Below, in pieces: positions 1 through 7,122 of a stretch of DNA of 46,881 bases. This DNA is from Bacteroidota bacterium (lineage in GTDB: Bacteria; Bacteroidota; Bacteroidia; M30B66). Made by a program: the position numbers and the translations under genes. Position 1 is the stretch's first letter; every line of letters begins with the position of its first letter. The DNA lies in contig CANHCM010000001.1 in the NCBI GenBank assembly GCA_947459155.1, positions 1-46,881 on the forward strand, in the 5' to 3' direction. The notes under the pieces are model-generated. The model worked only from the letters and a program-made list of their open reading frames with translations, made no database searches and was not told the DNA's origin.

Positions 1-12
1 TAAATTTACCGC

Positions 13-411
13 ATGCGAATTATTGCTATTTTATGGATGACCTGTTTGTGTTTACCAGCATTGGGTCAGCAGAAAAACAGCGAGAAGACTAATCCATCAG
101 TTCCAAAGGCACAAGGTAGTATTTGGGAAAAAGGCGATTTTCGGCTGGCGGCTCCGTTGGAAACCTCGGCTTTACTGATGCTGGAGCTTTACAAAAAAAC
201 AGCCTCCGGAAACCTGGGTAGCAGTTGTCGTTTTAGTCCCGAATGCTCGAGATTTATGGCTGAATCGATCCGCCACCAAGGAGTTTGGACAGGACTTTTG
301 TTGGGTTGTGACCGACTTTTACGCTGTAATCATGAGGCAGAAATAGAGCATAGCGAGCATTTGCGCGACAGTAAAACCGGAAAGATTTATGATCCTGCAG
401 TGGAGTATTAG
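13..411 (+). CDS. yidD: YidD-family (DUF37) membrane protein insertion efficiency factor-like protein, atypically long with a hydrophobic N-terminal leader
   Basis: 132-aa ORF. Contains the YidD core motif SSCRFSPECSRF...G..LLGCDRLLRCN. N-terminus MRIIAILWMTCLCLPALGQ looks like a signal peptide. About 30 extra C-terminal residues compared with typical ~80-aa YidD. Confidence 0.6.
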   Translation: MRIIAILWMTCLCLPALGQQKNSEKTNPSVPKAQGSIWEKGDFRLAAPLETSALLMLELYKKTASGNLGSSCRFSPECSRFMAESIRHQGVWTGLLLGCDRLLRCNHEAEIEHSEHLRDSKTGKIYDPAVEY

Positions 412-1816
412 TCTAGCCTTGCTGGGCCCGGCCGACTCGTTGAATCTAAAAATGCTCGAACATCTGAATCGTCCGCATGACGAAGTAATCCGACTTCGTT
501 TTACTGAGCATTTTAAAAACGACACCAGTGCGGCTTGGCAGGCTGAACGGGCGATTTCATTTTACAAAGTTGCAGATTATACACAATCAGCGCAGATATT
601 GGAATCATTGGATTCAACACAAAGGGCAATCAACCATGTAGAAGGTTACCGTGTTGCCAGCGGATTGGCCATTGGAAATATCAATGTGCTTCAACACAAT
701 AAAGAGTATTCAAATTATTTAGCACTATTTACAAAAACTAAAATTGATTTAAACACATACAGTGACAAAATACAAGTGCGATACAAAAAATATCATCGTG
801 TAAAGAGAAAATCAATTTTACTTGCCGGATTACTTTCAACCATTCCGGGTTTAGGAAAGGCATATTGTGGCTATCACCGGCAGGCTCAGAGTAGTGCTGT
901 GGTGCAAAGTTTCTTTGGAATTATTACAGCCGAGAGCATTTCCCGATATGGCTTACAATCGGCTGTTGGTCAATCAGCCTTAGGCGTAAGTGGATTGTGG
1001 TGGTTAAGTGGGATTTATGGCACGATGAAATCGTTGAAAAAAGAAAAACGCGACCGGAAAACCGCATTAATTAAAGCCATTTGGGAAGAAGAAAACCGCA
1101 AGTTAATTAGAACAAAGCGGGATAAATCTATAGCGTTGACTGGTAATAAAAGTTGGCAACAAGACTCCCTATTAAACAGTCGATTCAATGTAATACTGGC
1201 CACCAACGATAGTATGAAGGCGGAGGCGGAATGGAGGTATTTTGAGCAATGCAATGAGACGTCACTTTATATGCAGGCAGAAGAATCCATAAAAAGATTG
1301 GATTATTCCGTGCTTTCATCAAAAACGAAAAGGGAACTTCAGCAAACGTTGCCTTTATTTTGGTTTAATCGGGAAAACTATACCGAAGCATTAAAATGGA
1401 AGAATGATGCTTTAAAAGACAGTTCAGATAAACTTGAATTGCTGTTTAATGAAATTCATTTAAGGAGAAAGGAATATCAACTTATCGGTGAAAAATTCCA
1501 ACCCTGCCTATCAATTGCAGCAGAAGGAAGTTCGGACGAAATAAGAAGAGGTAAAGTATTGCCTATTCAATATGTATATTTAAGGAAACCTGGAAAAGTT
1601 GTCACAACAAGCCTGATGTACATCAGTCCCGCTATGCTCCTGGCTGGCGGAATTATCGGTCAACTGCCAATCAGCGGCGCTTTATTGAGCTTGTATGCAG
1701 GTTACCGAATATATGGCAGCTCAGCTGAAGCCTCTGATTCTGCAGCTGAAAAGTATGAGTTGAAGAAGCAGCAAGAATTATTTCAAAAAAGAATCGACTG
1801 TCTTAAATCGAAGTAG
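389..1816 (+). CDS. hypothetical membrane protein, genetically coupled to the yidD-like gene
   Basis: 475-aa ORF overlapping the upstream gene by 23 nt (alternative ATG at 452). Hydrophobic segments LLAGLLSTIPGLGKAY and ISPAMLLAGGIIGQLPISGALLSLYAG. K/E-rich helical regions. No family recognised by eye. Confidence 0.6.
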   Translation: MILQWSISLALLGPADSLNLKMLEHLNRPHDEVIRLRFTEHFKNDTSAAWQAERAISFYKVADYTQSAQILESLDSTQRAINHVEGYRVASGLAIGNINVLQHNKEYSNYLALFTKTKIDLNTYSDKIQVRYKKYHRVKRKSILLAGLLSTIPGLGKAYCGYHRQAQSSAVVQSFFGIITAESISRYGLQSAVGQSALGVSGLWWLSGIYGTMKSLKKEKRDRKTALIKAIWEEENRKLIRTKRDKSIALTGNKSWQQDSLLNSRFNVILATNDSMKAEAEWRYFEQCNETSLYMQAEESIKRLDYSVLSSKTKRELQQTLPLFWFNRENYTEALKWKNDALKDSSDKLELLFNEIHLRRKEYQLIGEKFQPCLSIAAEGSSDEIRRGKVLPIQYVYLRKPGKVVTTSLMYISPAMLLAGGIIGQLPISGALLSLYAGYRIYGSSAEASDSAAEKYELKKQQELFQKRIDCLKSK

Positions 1817-2067
1817 GGCCCAAGCAATTTATTTTAAGCAGTTTAACAGCTGTTTGAGCTAATTTAAAAGGATGAACTCGAAGTTGTCTTTGCTTTTCCT
1901 GTTCAAATGACCTTTGAAAATCTAAATCATTTCGTTGGCCAGAAATAAATCATATGTTTCGTCTCCTGTGGCTCAAAGCATTAACTGTAGGGATTCTTCT
2001 TGTCGCATTGCACCTGAAACATTTATCAGGCCGTGCTGCTTCTCAGTCTGACTTCTTCAGAATGCCG
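1816..2067. mobile_element. MITE-like non-autonomous element, decayed copy A
   Basis: Colinear with 4539-4782: same GGGCCCA start, and 38/47 identical in the ungapped core 1928-1974 vs 4667-4713. Flanked by a perfect 6-bp direct repeat GAAGTA (1810-1815 and 2068-2073). Right end CTTCTTCAGAATGCCG resembles the copy B right TIR. Confidence 0.5.
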
Positions 2068-2117
2068 GAAGTAATCAAACAACAATACAAGAAAAACAAA
2101 ACATGAATTCAGGCGGA

Positions 2118-3734
2118 TTACTCCAGAACAACAACGCCAACTTTATAGTCTGTTGAACCTTTCGATGGTTGGGAACAACAACCTTTTTTCGCTCTAAATG
2201 CCATCAATGAAGAACGACTGCCATCGAGGATGATTGAACGGCGGAATTGCACATCGTAATCACGCGTTAATTCTGACTTCGCCAACAAAGGCAATTTTTC
2301 AGAGGTGCCATCTTCATTTACTATTAAAACCGCAGGCATAATATCTTTTGTGCTCTTTGGATAAATTGGAACATTAAAATTTTGATTATCTACATTTTCA
2401 ACATCATCATTAAACAAGATATACAACTTCTTATTGTAAGTGCGCGCAAAAAACGAGTTAAGGCGTCCATTGTCATTTACAGAAACCTGCTGCTTTGGAA
2501 ACACTGTCTGCCAAAGAATTTTCCCGGAAGCATCTATATTCATCAACAAAATATCATTGTTGTTGTAATAACGCGTTGTGCTTGATCCGCCGTTGGGATT
2601 ACTGGTAGTTACAACTTCCACAAAGTCTTCTTCAAACAATACATAACTGCCTCCATCAGGCCTGGTTATAATCTTCTTTAACTCGAGATTAGATCTGACT
2701 TCAGAATTTCGCTTCTTTTCTGATTCCGAATTATTCAGCATTTTGATGATTTCTGGCTGAAAATCCTGCACATTCTCAGCACTCGCAGTGCCGGTATTTA
2801 CATCAATCTTATAGTAAAAAGTACCGGTCATACTTGATAAGTTTCGACGGTCAGAATAAACACCCACTAAAAATGCATTCCCACTTTTATCGAAACGAAG
2901 ACTCACATCACGAACATATAGATTACTTAATTTCACATCGAAGGTAGTGGACTCACCTGTGGCAGGATTGATGGTTATGATGCTGTAATAAAATGATGGA
3001 TCATCGGGACCACGCTCACTTTTGGGAATATTAATTCGTGCGAGCATGTGTAACTTATTCTCCAAACCGAGGCTTACATCATAAATGCCGAGGTCACGTC
3101 CTTTATATGGCAACTCTATCTCAACGCTGAGTTTCTCATTAATATTCGTGTCCCAAATTTTGAGTTGATAAACATGAGTTTCTGACTTACTCTGTTTCGG
3201 CTTTCTGAATTGAAATAATTGGGTTGAATCATTTGATAGAAGAAGTAAATCATAATCTGTTCTATCTTTCTCCGTGTTTAGCTGAATCGCAGAAGTAAGC
3301 GCAGTTGATTCTAAATCAAAAATTTGTGCAAATAACAATTGATCACGTGTTTTTGAATCCTTATACTTATAAAAAACAAACAGTGAATCATTTAAAACAA
3401 AGTAATTTACCAGATCATAATCACGATACTTTGTATTGTCTTTGCGTTTACGCATTCCTTCAAAGTCATAAGACTTTCCTTTTGAACCAACCCTTACTTT
3501 TTGGCCCAAAGTGAGTTCACGATGCCAAAGGACAGATAAATCTTCTGCTGAATAAGCAGTAAGATAGTTAACGTAATTCTCAGTAACGATTGAAAAGTAA
3601 TTCTCTTTGCTTTGGGCGAAGATTAAACCATTATCATCCGGTTTCGTTTGAAATTCGCTCCAGCGAAGTTCGACTTGCGCTGATAGAATATTACAAATAA
3701 ATGTCGACAGAAAGAAGAAGAATAGACGTTTCAT
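2118..3734 (-). CDS. hypothetical secreted protein
   Basis: 538-aa ORF with ATG start and signal peptide MKRLFFFFLSTFICNILSAQ. Composition is beta-rich (N/D/S/T/Y). No catalytic motif recognised. Confidence 0.65.
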   Translation of the reverse strand: MKRLFFFFLSTFICNILSAQVELRWSEFQTKPDDNGLIFAQSKENYFSIVTENYVNYLTAYSAEDLSVLWHRELTLGQKVRVGSKGKSYDFEGMRKRKDNTKYRDYDLVNYFVLNDSLFVFYKYKDSKTRDQLLFAQIFDLESTALTSAIQLNTEKDRTDYDLLLLSNDSTQLFQFRKPKQSKSETHVYQLKIWDTNINEKLSVEIELPYKGRDLGIYDVSLGLENKLHMLARINIPKSERGPDDPSFYYSIITINPATGESTTFDVKLSNLYVRDVSLRFDKSGNAFLVGVYSDRRNLSSMTGTFYYKIDVNTGTASAENVQDFQPEIIKMLNNSESEKKRNSEVRSNLELKKIITRPDGGSYVLFEEDFVEVVTTSNPNGGSSTTRYYNNNDILLMNIDASGKILWQTVFPKQQVSVNDNGRLNSFFARTYNKKLYILFNDDVENVDNQNFNVPIYPKSTKDIMPAVLIVNEDGTSEKLPLLAKSELTRDYDVQFRRSIILDGSRSSLMAFRAKKGCCSQPSKGSTDYKVGVVVLE

Positions 3735-3763
3735 GGTTATATTGCGGACCCAAAAATAGCAAT

Positions 3764-4510
3764 ATGAAGATACGTTTGTTCGCGCTAGGCTTAATTTTTT
3801 TACTGCAGCACGAAGTCAGTGGACAGATTGTAGTAAGGCCTCCTTCTCAAGACGAACAAAAGGAGAATAATTCAGAAGGTTCTGGGCCAAGTCGTTTTCT
3901 AAAAAATTCGGTAGGCTTAGATCTAAGCTGGTTAGTCAGAGGGAACGTACTGTTTGGTTATGAGCGGGTTCTCGGTGACTTATTTAGCGTGAGGGCAACC
4001 TGTGGATTAAGCTTTGGAGACTTTCTCGATGGCGTTCTGTATGAAGACTTTAAGTCAATGAATGAAAGCAGTCTCAGAAGCATTCAAGCCGATAATACTC
4101 TCAGTTACGGATTAGAGTTGCGCTATCACCCCACGGAAACGGGGTATTTCGATAGCGGTTACATTGGAGGAGGATTAATGCTCAGAAATTACAATTACAC
4201 TGGAATATATGACCAATCAAAGATTGACAACTTTCTTCCACCGAACAATATTAATGTGGCATCAAGATCATCAATCATCGATTTATATGTGAGGTATGGC
4301 GGCCAGGTGCGACTTAATAAATCCAAGTCGAGTGTATTATTTCTGGAGTACGGTTTAATTCTAGGGTACAGCTTTGGTGCTTATGATCAGATTACCGTGG
4401 ATTATCTCAATTCCTTCGATCCAAACGCGGGTACAAGACCGCTCAAAGTAAAAGAAAACTCGGCCTCTTATTTAATTTTACCTGTGTTGAGCTTAGGGTT
4501 CGGGTTTTAG
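3764..4510 (+). CDS. hypothetical outer-membrane beta-barrel protein
   Basis: ATG at 3764 gives signal peptide MKIRLFALGLIFLLQHEVSGQ. Alternating hydrophobic pattern and C-terminal LSLGFGF (aromatic-terminal OMP beta-signal). The longer ORF start at 3701 would overlap the divergent gene. Confidence 0.6.
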   Translation: MKIRLFALGLIFLLQHEVSGQIVVRPPSQDEQKENNSEGSGPSRFLKNSVGLDLSWLVRGNVLFGYERVLGDLFSVRATCGLSFGDFLDGVLYEDFKSMNESSLRSIQADNTLSYGLELRYHPTETGYFDSGYIGGGLMLRNYNYTGIYDQSKIDNFLPPNNINVASRSSIIDLYVRYGGQVRLNKSKSSVLFLEYGLILGYSFGAYDQITVDYLNSFDPNAGTRPLKVKENSASYLILPVLSLGFGF

Positions 4511-4538
4511 TCGGAGAGCCTCACTCCACTCCTGTTTA

Positions 4539-4782
4539 GGGCCCACTGAAAAACACTCAATAAATTGTTTTTTAACGATTTAACAACCATTTCAACCCGT
4601 TTAAGTGCAAGATTTTGATTGCAGTTTTTACAATTCCTGCGAAGTTGACTTTTCAAAAAATTAAAACATTTCGTTAGCCAGAAAAACATCATCTGCTTCG
4701 TTGCCCGCGGCTCGCGGTATTCACGTACAGCTTCGCCTTGTCGCCTCGCATCTGATGCTTTTCTGACTTTTTCAGTAGGCCC
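4539..4782. mobile_element. MITE-like non-autonomous element, copy B with intact termini
   Basis: 15-bp terminal inverted repeats GGGCCCACTGAAAAA (4539-4553) and TTTTTCAGTAGGCCC (4768-4782), 14/15 complementary. Flanking 6-bp direct repeat TGTTTA (4533-4538 and 4783-4788). No conserved ORF. Lies in a 645-bp intergenic gap. Confidence 0.6.
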
Positions 4783-5143
4783 TGTTTAGATAAAGAAACG
4801 CTGTTTAACAGCAGCGTGGTTATGTGTGAACATATGATGCGTTGCAAGTATCAAAACACGCTTTTAGGTAAGCTGTAAGGATAATCTTCCAGAAACGCGA
4901 AAATCTCCTTGTCCAAACCTTTTTTGAATAACCCGTTGATTTAGGCATACGATATAGTTTGCCATTTTTATCTTTTGCCGGAAAGCAGAAAAAGATTCCC
5001 TGAGCAAAGACAAAGCCTTTACAAAGTCATCCCGAAGGGCTAAACCCAAACCGGCAAATTTTATTTCATTGTTTAACAATGACTTATATATTTTCTTCGC
5101 CTTAGTACCTTGCTTTGCATAGTACCATGTTAAAATATAGTTC

Positions 5144-5151
5144 TATGTTTG
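5144..5151 (+). promoter_or_regulatory. Bacteroidota-type -7 promoter box (TAnnTTTG) for the padR-pspC pair
   Basis: TATGTTTG ends 4 nt before the ATG at 5156, which implies a leaderless or near-leaderless mRNA. Confidence 0.4.
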
Positions 5152-5155
5152 CAGC

Positions 5156-5491
5156 ATGCAATTAGAAAACACCAAGGCCCAAATGCGCAAAGGCGTTTTA
5201 GAGTTCTGCATTCTTTCAGTGCTTTCGAATGGCGACGCATACACCACCGACATCATTCTGCGCTTGAAGGAAGCCCGACTGATCGTTGTGGAAGGAACCC
5301 TATACCCATTGCTCACAAGGCTCAAAAATGCCGGACTTCTGCAATATCGCTGGGAAGAAAGCAGCTCAGGACCACCCAGGAAATACTACAGCCTTACCGA
5401 ACAAGGGCAACAATTCCTGAAAGAACTCCGCGATACCTGGGACGAACTCGTACGCTCTGTTGAACACACCTACTCATCAAACCGACCATGA
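5156..5491 (+). CDS. PadR family transcriptional regulator
   Basis: 111 aa. Winged-helix PadR pattern: KGVLEFCILSVLSNGDAYTTDII, EGTLYPLLTRLKNAGLL, PRKYYSLTEQG. Confidence 0.85.
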   Translation: MQLENTKAQMRKGVLEFCILSVLSNGDAYTTDIILRLKEARLIVVEGTLYPLLTRLKNAGLLQYRWEESSSGPPRKYYSLTEQGQQFLKELRDTWDELVRSVEHTYSSNRP

Positions 5492-7101
5492 ATAAGACCA
5501 TCAGTATAAACCTCAGCGGCCTGCTCTTTAACCTCGAAGAGAATGCTTATGAAATGTTAAGTCAATACATCGCCAAAATTCGCAATACCTTCAAAAACAC
5601 TGAAGGGAGTGATGAAATTGTGGGTGATATTGAGCGAAGAATTGCGGAATTATTCCAGGATAAACTCAAGTTGCGCCAGGTTATTTTGGTGAGCGATGTA
5701 AAGGAAGTGATTGAAATTCTCGGCGAACCTGAGGCTTACAGCGAAGCTCCGGAGGACGAACCGGAGCAAAGCAAGGCCGATAACAACACTGAAAATGCAT
5801 CCTCTTCGCCAAAGAGACTGTTCAGAGTTCCCGATGAAGGAATGTATGGAGGTGCAGGCGTGTGTGCGGGTCTCGGTTATTACTTTAATGTAGATCCAGT
5901 ATGGTTTCGCCTGGGCTTCACCTGCGCCATAATTTTTGGTGGAACCGGTCTGCTTCTATACATCATTCTCGCCATCGTTTTACCCAAGGCTGAAACAACA
6001 GCCGATAAACTCCAAATGAAGGGCGAACCGGTAACCATTTCTTCTATAGAAAAAAATATCCGTGAAGAAATGAGTCGCCTTCAAAAAAAAAGCGGTAACC
6101 TCGGCCAACAGGCGCGATCAAGTGCCAAAAATGCCGAAGGAACGCTGAACGAAATCTTCCAAGCCATTGGAAAATTCTTCAGTACCATATTTAAAATCAT
6201 TGGAAAATCGCTCGGTGTTTTCATGATTATTCTCGGTGGAGCCTTACTGATTGCCTGGTTAACGGTAGTATTCTCAGGTGGTCAGACTACATTCAGTAAC
6301 GACAATTCCCACGGAGAGTTTTCATTTCCAACCTTCGCCGGCATTTTCTTCTCGAATGAAAATCATTTACAATTTTTCCTCATTGGACTTGGAATGCTCA
6401 CATTTGCGCCCATTTTAGGTCTGATTCTCGGGGGCACGAGACTGATTAGTCCAACCGGATTTTTAAGTCCTTGGCCCGCGACCATCAACGGAAGTCTGTT
6501 TATTATCGGATTGTTTATGTCGGTAATCTCCGCGGCGCTTGGATTAAGTGAGTATAAAAACAGCGGGAAAATCATAGAGCCGGTAACTTTTATTCCTCCA
6601 GCCCCCAAAGACACGCTGATGCTCGCGCTGGTGCCCGAAAGTGCTTATAATCTCAAAGACTTCGCCGACCTTGATGAGTGGAAAATTTATTTAAACGACG
6701 AGGAACCTTTTCTTACAGGTACAGTTTCGGTAGATGTGCGCAAAGCCGAAAACCCTGCCGAAAGTAGGATTACCGTGGAAAAGAAAGCCCGCGGAAAAGA
6801 CAAGAAAACGGCTATTCGGACAGCTTCAGAGGTGATTACCTATCTCAAGCAAGATGGCAAAACGCTCTATGTTAATCCACACTTTAGACTTAAAAATCAA
6901 GCGCAGTGGAGAGCACAGGAAGCCCAATTCGTGATTTATCTCGCCGAAGGAATGCACCTGAGCTTTGCGCAGGGAACCCGTGAAATCTTTGGAGATATTC
7001 CCAATATTCAAAACCTTGTTGGAGAAGAGCTTGAGCGGGAAATTTTCCAAATGGGCCCCGACGGACTCAGTTGTGTGAGTTGCACCGCATCAGAAAACTA
7101 A
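5488..7101 (+). CDS. PspC domain-containing membrane protein
   Basis: 537 aa with an ATGA overlap with padR. PspC domain LFRVPDEGMYGGAGVCAGLGYYFNVDPVWFRLGF..LLYIILAIVLPKA, followed by several TM segments. Confidence 0.8.
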   Translation: MNKTISINLSGLLFNLEENAYEMLSQYIAKIRNTFKNTEGSDEIVGDIERRIAELFQDKLKLRQVILVSDVKEVIEILGEPEAYSEAPEDEPEQSKADNNTENASSSPKRLFRVPDEGMYGGAGVCAGLGYYFNVDPVWFRLGFTCAIIFGGTGLLLYIILAIVLPKAETTADKLQMKGEPVTISSIEKNIREEMSRLQKKSGNLGQQARSSAKNAEGTLNEIFQAIGKFFSTIFKIIGKSLGVFMIILGGALLIAWLTVVFSGGQTTFSNDNSHGEFSFPTFAGIFFSNENHLQFFLIGLGMLTFAPILGLILGGTRLISPTGFLSPWPATINGSLFIIGLFMSVISAALGLSEYKNSGKIIEPVTFIPPAPKDTLMLALVPESAYNLKDFADLDEWKIYLNDEEPFLTGTVSVDVRKAENPAESRITVEKKARGKDKKTAIRTASEVITYLKQDGKTLYVNPHFRLKNQAQWRAQEAQFVIYLAEGMHLSFAQGTREIFGDIPNIQNLVGEELEREIFQMGPDGLSCVSCTASEN

Positions 7102-7122
7102 GGCTTTCGGTATTTTTACCGG

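Noticed and set aside
1954-2106. 50-aa hydrophobic ORF (MFRLLWLKALTVGILLVALHL...) that could be a type I toxin-like peptide
   Set aside because: It starts inside MITE-like copy A and runs past the element boundary (2067) into flanking DNA. The homologous position in copy B has CTG instead of ATG and an early stop. Conservation is therefore at the nucleotide level, not the protein level.
4507-4692. 61-aa minus-strand ORF in the long intergenic gap
   Set aside because: It begins inside MITE-like copy B and overlaps the end of the barrel gene. The equivalent frame in copy A stops after 8 codons (MIYFWPTK*).
4864-5079. 71-aa minus-strand ORF upstream of padR, considered as a small helical protein or gene remnant
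   Set aside because: It has a TTG start with an in-frame TAA 7 codons upstream, no promoter box, and no family motif I can recognise. A decayed gene fragment cannot be excluded, but the sequence does not support a call.
5149-5463. 104-aa ORF overlapping padR in another frame
   Set aside because: The frame starting at 5156 gives a clear PadR winged-helix protein. The alternative frame is Arg/His-rich nonsense.
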